Of a DNA stretch of 64,000 nucleotides, positions 30,601-48,210 are shown in pieces (within the stretch, counting starts at the first letter, position 1; every line of letters begins with the position of its first letter). The translations under genes were made by a program, and so were the position numbers. Below the pieces are notes generated by a model, which made no database searches, was not told the DNA's origin, and saw only the letters and a list, made by a program, of their open reading frames with translations. The stretch lies in NCBI RefSeq assembly GCF_009914755.1, contig NC_060927.1; one strand, given 5' to 3'. This stretch comes from the human T2T-CHM13v2.0 reference genome, Homo sapiens.

Positions 30601-32249
30601 TGTGAAATACCCACATAATTAAATTAATGTATTGTAGACATAATAAAATTACACACAAACAGAGCTTTTGAAATGATAAAAATGTTTTCCTACCTTTCTT
30701 CACTGAATCACACACACCCCCTGGGGTATAAACTCTAAATTGAATACACACATTTAGATGAATAGTCCTCAATCTTTTTAGAATTATGTTTCCTCTGAGA
30801 GTCAAATTAACATTATTCATTCTCAGACAAAAATGTTCACATTTTCTCAGGCAACTCGCAGTTCAGAGATGGCCAAGGAACTCAGATGCTAAGCATTTAG
30901 ACATTCAACATTACTGGAATTGTAGACATTGCCAACTTCAGAATCTCCCAATCATAAAGTGAGACATGAAACACAGTGGAGACATTTGACAAGACATAAA
31001 CAGCATAGTCAAATTAGCCATGCTTGATTAAATATGTAATAACTCCTTTAGATAATCTGTCCAACAACAGCATAGTTCAACAAGAGTCAGATTTCAAATA
31101 ATTTTCTCATTTCCCTCCTTCTTTGCCTCTCCTCTTTTTCTGTCCTGTTCTCCACCTCTTCTCTCTCGTTTCTCCTTCTTCCTCCCAGCACTTTTTCATT
31201 CTCCCTCCTTCCTTGCTTTTCTTTACTTTCTCCTCCTCCACTCCCTGCCAAAAAAAACAAACAAAAAACCCCCTGCAGATTAGATTTTCTGCTCCACCTA
31301 CTGGTTCTTTCAAGAATTTCATATTCTTGAGAAACTGAAGACACAACCTGGTATGTTAATGGAGATAATTTTATCATCTAAATTTTAGTATCTGAGAAGA
31401 CCTTGATAATGTATAAACTAGGATCATTTTTAAGTGTTAACTTAAATCCCAATTTATTAAACATATTAACATAGAGTATAGATCATGTTAACATCTTCTA
31501 TTTGGAAACAACCATTGTAATATTTGAGCCTTTATTACAATCACATCCCACTTGTCTCTTTAAATTTCCTTCCTCCTATTCTATTTGTTCAGATAGCTGC
31601 TTCTAGCTGTCTTTCCTGATACCTCATCCCGTGTTCATTTCTCTGCCCCCAGTTCGGTCTGTGATGCTCTTTTATTACACTGCATGCACTTCCTTGGGTG
31701 GCTTACCTTCTTCCACTTCTTCAATTATCACTTTTACAAAATTGGTAGACTTGTGTTTCTAGACTGAGCTCTCCTGAGTTCACATCTCTAAATACTGGTA
31801 CAGGTAGCTTGCAAGCATTTCAAGCACCTCAAAACTGCTCTTCTCGTTTTTGTTAATGACATTTAATCTGCTTCAATTATCTATTACTGTTTAGCAAACC
31901 ACTCCAAGCTTAATGACATATAAACAGCAACCATTTTATCACACTCACAGATTCTGTGAGTCAGGGATTCTGATAGGGCACAGCAACGATGGCTTGTCTT
32001 TGTTCCACACACGAGGGCACGTCAGCTGAAGACTGCCTCTTGCTGTTTGGGGAGATACCATATCTCCCACACATTACTAAGATGAAGAGTCGGGGTGGGT
32101 GGCAGAGAGGTAAAGATGAAAGTAGGTCCTTATTTTTGCTTCTTAGGAATACATTATTTTTAAGCACCACACTCACGTTGAATAGCACATAAGATCAAGT
32201 ACACATTAAAAAACAAAAAGTACTTTCAGCAGAATTTGTATTAAGGTAG

Positions 32250-32561
<312 letters not shown>

Positions 32562-33183
32562 TAGTATTAATTTAAATGGTCTTTGAGGACATCTGAACTA
32601 GTTATTTTTAATAAACTACAGTTTGAACTACAAGAAATTGTGAATTTGTATATTATACTAATGGTTAGAAGAATGTCAAGCAGCAGGTGTGGAACAGATT
32701 CTAAAAGCCTGTCTCCCTCATCAAGTCAGAAAATGGAAGCAATCTTGAACCGATCTGAGCATAGATAAATTGCTATAAAGACTTTTATTTATGAAAGCAT
32801 TATTCACTTGCTATTACATAAGAGGCATTCAGCCAGTACAGCTTTGTGAACTTTGATACCTCTCAACCATCTCATAAGAAAACACATCCACGACAGAGTC
32901 AGTGTTGCAACTCTAAATGACTGCAAAGTCAATTTACTTTCCTAAGTGGCTGTATTTGCATCAACCTATTGAAACCATGATGGCTTGGATTATGACAAGT
33001 TTTATGTTCAAACGCATTTTGAAATATGAAGGGATTAACAGTAAAAGAATTATTGAAAATACTGTTTGAATGAGCTTAAGATCTAGAATAGAGCTGGCTA
33101 CACTGATCGGAAGAGGAAATGCAGTTCAACTACCTTGCTCTGCTGGTATATGTTAGTGAATATCCAGTATAAAACCACTTGTA

Positions 33184-34173
<990 letters not shown>

Positions 34174-36109
34174 GTGAGGTTTTATGTTGTACAACTTATG
34201 GCTTGATTTCAGGTAACAATACAAGGGAATTTAGTCAAGCCATTTACAAATGTCTAAGCGTCACTAACTTAAATGTGCTAATTTAGGTTTATTATGAAAT
34301 TGGATTGTTATGTGTTTCTTTGGGAAGAAAGATGAAATTTTAAAATGTGAGATTTCAAATACATAATTCATACTTGTGGCAGGGATAATACAATACATCC
34401 TTGAAAACAATTTCTAAATGGGCTTTTAGAGATACTGGGAACTTCTGTTTTCACAGACTAGGAATAAGACAGTTATACAGACAACTAAACAACACTAAGC
34501 TTGATACTACGATATATTGCAAAACAGTGTTGGAAAACAAAGGTTAACACATCATTCATTAGGTAGCAGGTACTATAAATAAGGAAAGATCCACCTTCAA
34601 TATTTTGTAATAAGTGGGATGTGGATTGAATGACTGTAAATGGAATATGTTGACAGCAATACTAAAAGTAAAATGTGTTGAAAGGGTAGAAGAGATTGAC
34701 TCCAAGGAAGGTTTCTTGAAGAAGATTTAAAATGGGCATGGAAGGATGAGCGGGCACATAAGACATTCCAAGCAGAGATAGCAGCAGCCTGAGAAAAGGC
34801 CAGAGGGGATATAATTTGGGGGAAGTTCAGGAAAAGTGGTGAGTGGTGAGTATATGGTCTGAGACTGAAGTGCACAGAGAAATGTAGAAGATAAGCCTGA
34901 AACACGAGGTAGGAGTTAAATGGTGGATTGCTTGAATGTCAGACTGACTTTAGAATTCTGTCTGGAGAGGAGATTCTTTGACTATTTCAGCAGGGTGGTG
35001 ATAATGGGACCTAGGAAAATAATTCTGAAGAGAGGGAAAGGTCAGAGTGCCCAGAGGCAGGGAGAGCATTGCAAAAGTTCAGATGAGAAAGTATGTGAGA
35101 CTAAAGTAGGGTGGTGGCAAAGGGCAGAGGAAGGAAACCAGGAGCCATTTCAAAGGGGGACTCAACAGGAACTAATTAGGGCAATGTGGAGGGTTGAGTC
35201 CAATCTATTTCGTGGTTTTGAGTGTGGAAGGCTGTGTGGAGGTTTTGAAGATGACTGGGATCTAATTCCCTTCCACTCGAATCTGGAACTGTCCTTAATG
35301 ACAGACTTGTCAGGAGTCCAGTGGAATGTGAAGAAAGTGACACTACATAACCTCAGTGGTTAGAACAGAAAACCACCATACTGCCTTTGCCTTTTTCCAT
35401 GGAATTCGTGCTCTGAGCCACCCATAGGCAATGCAGCCTGCAGTCCAAGATGAGCTGAGCCTTTGAGTCATCCTCACCTATGTACAGACATGCAAGTCAA
35501 AAACCTGCAGAAGATTCCTGTCTCTAAATATTGTAACAGCAAAAGACACATGGAAGGATAAGTCATAAAGAAACATTTGGCTTTTCAAATCTTGTACTCC
35601 TTAGCGTACAGAAGCACTTATCTCAAATACTCTGCTGACTAGGAGGGTCAGCAGAGTACAGTGATGAACAGAAAATAGTGGTTAAAAATTTGCTCCAGAG
35701 AATTGACATTTCTCCCCTCCAGACACCCTTTATTACCATGAACCTGCATGCATAAGACAGTTAGGTGTTCAGGCCATCTGGAGGTGCACTGTGGTCTTCA
35801 GGTAGACTGAATTAACACCAGTAAGAAATTGAAAGAGAAATTCACTTTGAATAACAGTAGGATAATCTGTTTTCCAGTAGTTATGCAATTCTTTTCAGAC
35901 ATAGTCTAATCCATAGTAGAAATACGTGGTTATTGAAGAACTGAAAACAAATGCACAGAAAAATTTTATCTTCATTTACCCGCCACAGCTTTAAACACAA
36001 CTAAATAGGCTAGCATTTTAGCATTATATCATCACTATGTAGTGATTTTCTATTTTTTAAAAGCTAAACTGAGGTTGATCTGAACATTTGTTCCTATATG
36101 CCTATATTT

Positions 36110-36610
36110 TTCCTAGTATTCGATTTATTGAAGTATTATTCACATATACAATAAAATTCCATTTTAAGTTCAGTGAATTTTGATAAATGTATATACAGTC
36201 TAGTAACCATCACAATCAAGATGTAAAACATTTAAATCACCTCAAAATACTCTTTTGTCCCCTTTCACAAATCTGCATCCCCTAACCCCTGCCATCCATT
36301 GATCTGCTTTCTGTCATTAAAGCTTTGCTTTTTCTAGGTTTTCCTATAATGTAGTCATATAGTAAGTACTTTTATGTGTGGCTTTCACTTGGCATAATGT
36401 TTCTGATGTTCACCCATGTTACTGTCATTAAAAATAGTTATTCCTTTTCATTGCTTAGTATTTTAATATACGCATATATCACAAGTTGTTTATCTGCTCA
36501 CCTGCTGTTAGCCATTTGGGTTGTTTCTAATTTTCAACTATTGAATAAAGCTGCTATGAAAATTGAGTACAAAACTTGTATTTTTCTTGAGTAAAATACC
36601 TAGGAATGAG
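36110..36610 (-). mobile_element. Old L1M 3' fragment
   Basis: gtgaattttgataaatgtata...ccatttgggttgtttctaattt...tgaataaagctgctatgaa. Confidence 0.6.
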
Positions 36611-36627
36611 GAACTATGGCATTAGCA

Positions 36628-37056
36628 TAGCTGAGCCTTGAACAACACAGGTTTGAAGAGTTTTGCTTCTTCGCAGATTTTCTTCCACCTCTGCCACCCT
36701 TGAGAGAGCAAGACCTACTCTTCCTCTTACTACTCCCACTAAGCCTACCCAACATGAAAACAATGAGGATGAAGACCTTTACGATGATTCACTTCCACCT
36801 AATGAATAGCAAATATATCTTCTTTCTTACGATTTCCTTAATAACATTTTCATTTCTTTAGCTTGTAAGAAGAGTATATAATACATATAACATAAAACAT
36901 GTGTGAATTGACTATGTTATTGGTCAGGCTACCAGTCAACAGGAGGCTATTAGTGATTAAGTTTTGGGAGAGTCAAAAGTTATACAAGGATTTGAAACTG
37001 CATGCAGTAAGGAGGAGTTGGGGCCCCTAGCCCTAATGTTGTTCAAGGATCAACTG
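36628..37056. mobile_element. Tigger-type (TcMar) non-autonomous DNA transposon (Tigger2a-like)
   Basis: Terminal inverted repeats agctgagccttgaacaaca / tgttgttcaaggatcaactg followed by TA. Confidence 0.75.
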
Positions 37057-37137
37057 TACTAAGAAATATATGTGTTTTCCTATATTATCCTGGCAACAAA
37101 AAATATAAATATTTCTTAGTCTTATTTAATAATAAAA

Positions 37138-37143
37138 TTTATT
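37138..37143 (-). terminator. Distal polyadenylation signal AATAAA
   Basis: tttatt on +; followed on the minus strand by a U/GU-rich tract (TTTTTTGTTG, ~37094-37103). Confidence 0.75.
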
Positions 37144-37269
37144 AGCAGATCTCTTGTAAGACAGTTGAAGAATTCATACATTTTCCAGCCCCAAAAAGGC
37201 CACACAGAATCACAAACATTCAACGTGTTCCACGATAATGATATGTATGAGATGCTCTTCCTTATAAAC

Positions 37270-37275
37270 TTTATT
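37270..37275 (-). terminator. Proximal polyadenylation signal AATAAA
   Basis: tttatt on + at 37270-37275, 132 nt upstream (in transcript direction) of the distal signal. Confidence 0.55.
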
Positions 37276-38358
37276 ACGAAGCAAATAAAATAATACATTC
37301 ATAATATATGAACAAAGAAATCATACATTAAGAATCCTGTTGTGATTTGCTCTTAAGAGCAAAGAGCTGCAGAATCTCTAATATAAAAAAGAGGACATTT
37401 TCAATGTGTCCATTTTCCTAAGAAACGTGTGTATGAAATGCCTCCAAGTTTCTCATACTATATATACTTGCTTTAAAGAAGGAAATTATTTCTCATTTCA
37501 TTTTCCAAATGAGAAACATTGCCTAAATTCATGACATCCCTAGGATTATTCTTAGTCTCAACTTCCACACAGAGATGTCTGAAATAGAAAACTCTTAAGT
37601 ATCAGAATTCAGGGATATAAGCTTTCACATTCAAAAGTGCAGAGAATCCCAACATTAACAAACAATGGTTCCACAAAAATCAAAATTACAACTTAGACAT
37701 CTCTAAAATAATAGTAATGTCACTTTAGAGTTTACAAACTACAGAAATAACTGAATTGTAACACATGCAGAGATTAAGAATATTTCAAGTGCTTCTAAAT
37801 ACCTATTAGAAAAATGTGTATCTATTTGACAATATTATGTTCTCTGGAGAAAGATATATAAGGATTACAGCAGAGACTTCAGTATTGACAAAGTAAAATT
37901 TTTACCTTCAAGTTGCATTCTAAAATTACTATGAAGTCTCAACTTCACTGAATTAATGAAAATAAAATATATTCCACGACAGATTTTTGTGGCACAAATG
38001 AAAACTTTAAAAAATACATGAAACAAAAACAAGATGAGAGATTTCCTGATACATATAATACTATTTATATTCCCTTATCTCAATACTTGGAAACTCAATG
38101 TCCTATTTTGTAAACTAGTCATATAAAATGACACTAGAAGTATAAATGAGGTTTAATCAATTGACTCTGACAATCTGCCATCTCACCATTCATCACTGAC
38201 AGCATCCAAAACATGTTATCATCTGCCCACGAGGTAGGGTGCAGAGTGGAGAAGACTAAGGCACGGGTAACTGCCACACAGTGGCAAAGTGCCGACCAGT
38301 GGCATGGGGAGCACACATCGTGTGCCCTCCAAACCCCTGCACAGCCATTCTGCCTGCA

Positions 38359-38571
<213 letters not shown>

Positions 38572-39081
38572 CTACTGTGCCTGATGTGCCTTGTACCAAC
38601 TTGACCTTTAAAAAAACTATTTGCCAAACAAATAGTTTCTTAACAACTCTTGGGTATGCTTTGGCTAGTATTAATATCCCAGAGCCAAAATACACCTTTA
38701 ATATAAACCAGGGTTTCATATAGTGTAGAAACTCAGGTGATCCATGGGCAAACCTTCTTTAGCTTAATACTTATGCATACCTCTTCTCAGAAAAACAAAT
38801 AGGCAGAGAAGGTCCATCTCACCTCCTAGCCACCATGACTCAGCCTGTGTTCTCTCTCCCTCTAGTCTCTCCTTGCCCTCATAGAGCTGTGGGATTCACC
38901 ATGTCACCGCTTAAAATACCCAATTTGATTTGCCTTATTTGACTGTGATTTTCTTATAAAATCAGCAAAGTCAAAACTAACAAAGACCTAGGCACAACAT
39001 CTGCAGTGTTAACTTTCATATTTTGTGGGTGTTTGGGAATTGGGAGTGTAGGGATAACTACTAAAATGAGTTATCTCCTTA

Positions 39082-39201
<120 letters not shown>

Positions 39202-39688
39202 TCAAATAACATTAAGGGCCAGCTCAATAAAATCTTAAGACTAACCCATAACAAATACTTAAAAAGGGGTGGGTTCTTCCCCCCAGTTCCCATCAGCTGG
39301 AACTGGCACAGAGGACACCAGCCTACAGCCCATTGAGAGCTCTCCATCTGGACAGGCAGAAATAAAAGGGTATTCTACCCACCAAACAATAGAATATAGA
39401 TTCTGCCCCAACATAGAGCAGTCACAATACAAGGTTATGTTTTCCCATAAGTAAACAGAATTGACACAAAGCTGAGAAGTTTAAAGCAGAACAACAATTA
39501 AGAAAAAGAAATGCATCCCTTCTCAGGATAACCCAGCTCTTTCTGGCCTTCCTCATAATCTGGAATGTTTTGGACTCAAAGATTTCATTTCACTGCCTGT
39601 AACCCACAACTACTACTACTAAGATGGTGTAAAACTTCTGACCTGAAAGGCCAACTACAGCTAACAATAATCTATTAATAATGGACTA

Positions 39689-39828
39689 TGATATTCTATA
39701 TATTCCTCTTTCCTAAAGTAGTTAATTGCATTAATAAGCAGTCATATAATTCAGTCTCTCTGCAGATTAATAGCAATCATAATAAAAGGTAGTGTTGAGT
39801 TGCAGTGTTTTCATTTTTTTTTTAAATA
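39689..39828 (+). repeat. Copy 1 of ~140-bp dispersed direct duplication (CPOX intron 5)
   Basis: Near-identical to 40960-41099. Confidence 0.92.
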
Positions 39829-40159
39829 CCCTTAGCATCAACTAAAACTTGGTTCAATATGTTAACTCCCCTAGTCAGATCTGGACTCCTTCCAGTTTAA
39901 AACCCTGCATCTGCCTTTAACATAAGATGTAAACGGGTCTCCCTCTCCCATTTCAAAAGGATAATTTCTACTACTCAAAAGAATTTAGACTGATTCATAA
40001 TCTGAAAAGTTCAATAAACAGTGCCCCTTTCAGATCATTTCTTATCTTATTCAGAAATTACTCCCTTGGTCTAAACTTCACTCACATATTCTTATTTACC
40101 TATTGGTTACTGTCTTGATGCCCATCTATAGCAAAATATCCTCTAGATTCCCACAATAA

Positions 40160-40466
40160 TTTTTTTTTCTTTTCTTTTTTTTTTTTGAGATGGAATCTTA
40201 CTCTGTTGCCCAGGCTGGAGTGCAGTGGCGCAATCTCAGCTCACTGCAAGCTCCGCCTCCGGGGTTCACCCATTTTCCTGCCTCAGTCTCCCGAGTAGCT
40301 GGGACTATAGGCACCCGCCACCATGACTGGCTAATTTTTTGTATTTTTAGTAGAGACGAGGTCTCATAGTGTTAGCCAGGATGGTCTTGATCTCCTGACC
40401 TCGTGATCTGCCCGCCTCGGCCTCCCAAAGTGCTAGGATTACAGGCGTGAGCCACCACGCCCGGCC
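40160..40466 (-). mobile_element. AluY (intron 5)
   Basis: AluY-type gcaagctccgcctcc and ttagccaggatggtc; flanking repeat cacaata. Confidence 0.9.
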
Positions 40467-40959
40467 CACAATACTTTAATTTTTTAAAAGCACCTTTTGT
40501 ATGTGGAACTTGTCAAAAGCCCTGCAAAAGTGTAAAGAATTTTATCTATGCTCCCTTTCTAACTCTCACCATTTATCATTGACTTTTACGTACAAAAAAC
40601 TATTTAATACCTTCTTATGTCTGTTTCAAAAAATAATTTAAGTGAATCTTCTGAATCCTTTTCTAAGACCATGGAAAATAATTTCATCTTTTGGCTACCT
40701 TTTTCACCTGATATTATCTTTCTGAAACATCTCTCTAGGGGATGGGTATGGTTCTCTAGTTTATATTGATGTATTTGAAGACCTATCGCAGAGACCCTTG
40801 TAAAGATTCCTTAATGAATTTTCTGTTGGATCCTTTCCTTTATTGCGTGAAGGATGCCCCTTTCTCTACATTGGCCTCTCTACCTCCCACCAAGTTGCAC
40901 TTAGATCTGATTTTTCTTTTTTAATAAAAAATTTCCATCTCCTATTCCTGGTATAGATC

Positions 40960-41099
40960 TGATATTCTATATATTCTTCTTTCTTAAAGTAGTTAATTGC
41001 ATTAATAAGCAGTCATATAATTCAGTCTCTCTGCAGATTAACAGCAATCATAATAAAAGTAGTGTTGAGTTGCAGCATTTTCATATTTGTTTTTAAATA
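40960..41099 (+). repeat. Copy 2 of ~140-bp dispersed direct duplication (CPOX intron 5)
   Basis: Near-identical to 39689-39828. Confidence 0.92.
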
Positions 41100-43115
41100 A
41101 TATTATTTAATCTTTTCTGATCCTTTCCATACATCTGTCCTCTCTGGGGTGCCTATAAGTTAGGGACTTTAACCAATCCCTTCAATTTAACTAATGCCTA
41201 AATTTTATCCTGTTTCCCTTTCCCAGAATACAACGAACAAGTAAGTTAAAAGTCTTTAATTTCTGTTTTCCTATGAAAAGGATAACTGTAAGACTGATGT
41301 TCAAGGTCTGGGGGAGGATAGCAGTAACTGTGGGCAAGAAACTGGATGAGATTGCCAAATAAGAGACTGTAAAGTCAAAAGGGAATGAGACTGACTGCTG
41401 AAAGGGAGACCGGTGTTTGGACAGGGTGAAGACAAGGCAAAGTGGGTAACAGTAAGTGAAAAGGATACAGAAAACTGGTCATGACTGCAGTATTAGAAAC
41501 CAAAGACAGTGTTGATAGCCCCAGAGAAGAACTGGAGTTATCTTAGGCCCCAGAGTTTATTGCCATCTTAAGGACCAGAGATAAGGGAGGCAGAAAGAAG
41601 CTGTCTTTGAAGAACAGTCACACACCATACCATAGAAAATTAATCTACTACCCCACAGTTCTGCCTATCTCATGACACCAGACATGCAATGATACACAAC
41701 AACGACTTTCAGAATGATCTGCCATCAAACGATGTATAAAAAACAAAACAAAACCGCAAAACAAACCATTACTCCTGTCTATGAAGTTTTAAAGGATTCA
41801 CCTAATTAGTATTGACAAAATCTGCCAAGTTTTGCCTTCGAAATCTTGTGCAAAACTAGAATACTTTACTTTGCACAGAGTTCTAAATTGTCCTCTTGGG
41901 TATGTCTTCCCCACTAAACTATGAGGTTCTTTTTGGCAGGTCCATGTTACAGCCACCGGGTAGCCAAGATAGTGCCTCATCACAGGGGCCCCAAAATAAG
42001 TATCAAGTGAAAGGAGGAAAGAGTGGTAAAGGTATATTTAAGAAATTATGGAAGCAAACAAAAAACATGTTCCAAAATACATGCATTCTTTAAGAAATTT
42101 CTAAAAATTTACTCTCATGTTTTTCAAGTTAATAAATGGGAACCAGATAGCACAGGCAGTCATAAGAAAGGATATACACAAATGTTTATCTTTAGACTGG
42201 AAACATTATTTAAGTTGACCTCTTTAAGGCAAAAGCTTTACCTCTTTAGTACCCAAAGCTTCTTTTGCCTAACACAGAATTAACGTCAATGAGAAAATCC
42301 ATTTTATAGCCATGTTTCAGTAGTATACAGGCATTTAAGGTGGCAATGAGAAACTGATTGGGGCCAGCAGGCTGTATAACTTGGAGTGGATTTACAAGTA
42401 CACCGTGGCTGGAGACAGCCTCAGACTGGACACCCCACTGAGCTCACCAGGCTCACTGCACAGAACAGGGTGGTTAAAGTGAGTATCATGGTAAGAAGCA
42501 CAAACCTGCTTCAGCTGCTTAACTTTAGGCACTACACAGACTATAAGTTTTGAGGTCATTTTGACCCAGTTCCACATCTGAGATCTTAAATTTACCAGCT
42601 GTGTCTCTTGGGCAACAGACTTAACTTTCTGAAAAAAGATGATTACACCTATCTTACAGGTTTGTTGAAAAACATCAGATACAAAATGCCTAATGTAGAG
42701 GCCAGCAAAATTTCTGAAATTATTTCCATTAAAATAACTTCCGTGAAATCTTTAAGATGAATGAAAAAAGGTGTGATTCCAAATTTACAAAGCAGCAAAG
42801 ACATTAAATGAAGTCTACATCTTGACATAAGGCTGGAGGGTATTACAAGAAGACTAAGAGAAATCAGCAGAATTAAATTCAGGAAGTACTTACTACATGC
42901 CTACTATGAGTCTCTAATGTATAGATGAATTAAATAAACTTTGCTATAATTATAATATTACTTTACACAATGTCTTTTAATTCACTTAATATTCATCTAT
43001 GAAAAGAAATTAACACAACTATTACAAAGTATCTGACAACACAACACCCGCTATTATTAAGAGCTGCTCCACCTCCCCCACTTAGCCATGAAAGAATTCG
43101 TTTTCCAGTCACTTA

Positions 43116-43406
<291 letters not shown>

Positions 43407-43498
43407 TCAGGTTACAGCACTATCCTCAACTAATGTCAGGATGGTGTCCTTACTTGCTGTCCAACTATGAAAATGAAATGAGGACTTTAGACAGATAG

Positions 43499-43846
<348 letters not shown>

Positions 43847-44338
43847 TGCTTATCCTCTTATTTTCAAGGCGAACAGGCAATTTCACACAAGTCTCTGTAA
43901 AGGATGTGAAACTCTAAGAACTTTAGTGAAAAGAGAAACAGTCCAATATCGATAGTGTATTTCTTGGAATAAGCTGCTGCCTTCGGAAGCACTGCTGCTT
44001 TTGTAGGAGGCAGGAGGACAGGAATCTTCCACTAACAATGACACCAACCATGGTGCAAATCCAAGCTCTCTTGAGTGAGTTCTTTATTCACCAAAGGAAG
44101 GTACTATAAACAATCTCTCAGGTCTCTTTCAGAAATAAAATTTGATGGTTCTATAGCATGAAAGACAGGGAAAAGTTGGTGGAAAAAAAGGTTCAGATAA
44201 TATCCTTTATTATTTCATATGTCATATCAGACATATGAAAGTTTACCCTGTGAGGCAGCACATAAAACTATTAATCTGTTCTTGAGTCTTTTCCCCTCTA
44301 TGACTACTAGAACAGGTTTCCTAAGAAGCCATTTCCTG

Positions 44339-44699
<361 letters not shown>

Positions 44700-45030
44700 C
44701 TAAAAGTAGTTCTTTTGATAATCTCTGCATAAGGGTCCTTAAATAGAAAAACATGCTCAAACAAAAACTAAAAGCTATTTAAAAGGTTACCTTAAATACA
44801 GCTTCAATTGCTTAAACAACAACAACAAAAAACAACAGATGCAAATCCCTAGAACTGACGCATAGGTAGAATTCACCTTAATCGTGACTTGTTGGCCTTC
44901 TTTATATGCACATTTTATTAACATAGTCTAAAAAAGTATATCCTGAGTAAAGTTGTAAAGTCAGTTTTTAACCCAAATCATACTATTTCAAAATCTCTCT
45001 TTAAAACATTACAAAATTAAGTGATCTACT

Positions 45031-45426
45031 TATTTCCTAGTCAGTGTTCTGCTGCTTACAACAGAATAGCTGAAACTGCATAATTTATAAATAAAAGGAA
45101 CTTATTTCTTAAGTTATGGAAGCTGAGAAGTCCAAGGTTGAGGGGCTTCATCTAGTATGAGTGTTCTTGCCGGTGGGGTCTCTGCAGAGTCCTGAGGCAG
45201 TGCACAACATCACATGGTGGGGGGCTGAACGTGCTAGCTTAGGTCTCTTCTTATAAAGCCACCAGTCCCACTCCCATGAATTTAACCCATTAATGCATGA
45301 ATGGATTAATCCATCCATCAGGGCTCTGCCCAATCACCTCTTAAAGGCCCCAGCTCTTAATACTGCCAGATTGGGGGTTAAATTTCGACATGAGTTTTGG
45401 AGGGAACAAATATTCAAACCAAAGCA
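45031..45426 (-). mobile_element. MST/MLT1A-type MaLR LTR
   Basis: ctgcataatttataaataaaaggaacttattt...aatcacctcttaaaggcccc...catgagttttggagggaacaaatattcaaacc. Confidence 0.75.
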
Positions 45427-46391
45427 TTTATACTAAAAACTTCTTTTTAACTAGCTACCATCCTAGATATTTTATTACCTAACACTGCTTAAAGTCATCT
45501 CAGTAATAGCTAGAAAAAGGAACCAAAAAAGAGAACTGTCTACTCTATTAGTCCTCCTGGAAGGATGCTAAGTTCTGAGAGAGAGGAAAAAACAAACAAA
45601 AAACCAGTATCTGCATGCATCCATGGCTGTGTAGTTTTCAGTAGTAATATTAAATCAAGAGAATATTCAAATGTTTCATCTTTCCTGACGATTTTAAAGC
45701 TGAACTCCATACTCTTGCATAAATATTAACATTCCACAACTATTAGCTCTAAAAACAAAGCAAAAAGACAAAAATTCTTTGTCCTTCCTTTTTCAAGAAT
45801 GCCAATTGGCTCTAAGCAGAATTGAGTACTTTACTCATATTCCAAACAATTTGTGCCAAGATTCCATTTGATGATAACAAATATTCTGGGTCTTCTCCCA
45901 ACTTTTGTTTGTTTGTTTTCTTATTTTATCATTAGAATTTCTTTAACAAATTCTCCAATTCTTCTTTCCCCTTGGCCAAAATCTCTGGTATGTTGGCATC
46001 TCCCTCTAGTGGTTCTCCAACCCTTCCAATGCCCTTAGACATTCCCAAGTCAACATCAGGAATAATAATTCTCATCTGGAATAAGAATTTAACAACCCAC
46101 TCCAGATTAAAAAGCCTCTCATTCTCAAGCATAGATGACCTTATAGTTTATAGTCTACCATTCTAAATCATTTGGAATAAAAAGATATTACTACTCAATT
46201 TATATTAAATATTTCTAAGTAAATAATTTAATACAACCACTTAAAACCAGTATTCTAATTCTTCTGATGAGCAAAGTAAGAAAACTAGTTCCATTTTCAT
46301 AAGCAGAAGAGGGTATTTAGTGACATAATAGTTGCCTTCAGAAGGAACAGAATGTAATTTTGGGGTCATGAAAGTTCAGTAACTTTACCTA

Positions 46392-46577
<186 letters not shown>

Positions 46578-46717
46578 TCAGCATTACTGGCTATATTAGG
46601 ACACTTAATTTAGCAGCTTAATTTTTTCAGCATAAAATGGATGACAATAAAAAAAATTTTAACTGATTTTAGCTCTGAAGACCAGTAAGGCCTAGGCAGA
46701 AAAAAAGAGGTAAAAGC

Positions 46718-47054
<337 letters not shown>

Positions 47055-47192
47055 ACAGTGGAACTTGCAAGGAATGATATGCAGGGCAGTGAATGATAAA
47101 ACAGTACACTGGTGGATCAGGAAGTGGATTGCAACTCTGGCTGTATATAAGAATCACATGACGAGCTTAAAATAGCTCTTCTAGATCACAAT

Positions 47193-47194
<2 letters not shown>

Positions 47195-47227
<33 letters not shown>
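47195..47227. repeat. (AC)16 microsatellite within a MER5-like fragment
   Basis: Pure AC run in intron 3. Confidence 0.9.
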
Positions 47228-47228
<1 letters not shown>

Positions 47229-47729
47229 CTCTGGCCCAGGAATCTGTAGTTTATAAAACTCCCCAGGAGATTCTGACACTCCTTGTATTAAGAACCATTG
47301 CCAACCCCTCCCCTTTCCTAGAAAGAGTAAAAACACTTGCTGAGGTAACTTACCACTTGAGAATAACTGTTTCATGTGCTCACAGGTCCATGAGTTGTCA
47401 ATACCAGTTACCAACTTTAAACATAAAAGGTTGAACCAAGCTGAATGGCTTCAAAATGAAAAGTTAAAGCAGTGACTTTAAATGCCATCACCTACAGAGA
47501 CACCAATAAGAATAGGTGTGGCACTGCACATGTACTCTGACATCTGGTATCAGATAAAAGACAGGCTGGAACTATGTGCACAGGAGGCATGATCAACTGC
47601 ATCCCATTTTAAACCCACTGCTAATGCCCTGGTGACTAGCAAAGCTATGCATATGTAAAATATTTTCCAAAAGCAAGTTCTCAATTTCAATTTAACCTCG
47701 TACATAAGGTATTCCTTCAGATGTAATGA

Positions 47730-48210
<481 letters not shown>

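Larger units (their letters stand above)
37115..38358 (-). other. CPOX: CPOX 3' UTR (~1.2 kb, AU-rich; distal end approximate)
   Basis: Repeat-free sequence between the stop codon and two minus-strand AATAAA hexamers. Confidence 0.75.

Noticed and set aside
31087-31377. Charged E/K/R-rich ORFs
   Set aside because: Translation of a polypyrimidine/polypurine low-complexity tract.
34920-35363. 147-aa plus-strand ORF
   Set aside because: Lies in purine-rich, decayed L2/LTR-like sequence with no recognisable domain.
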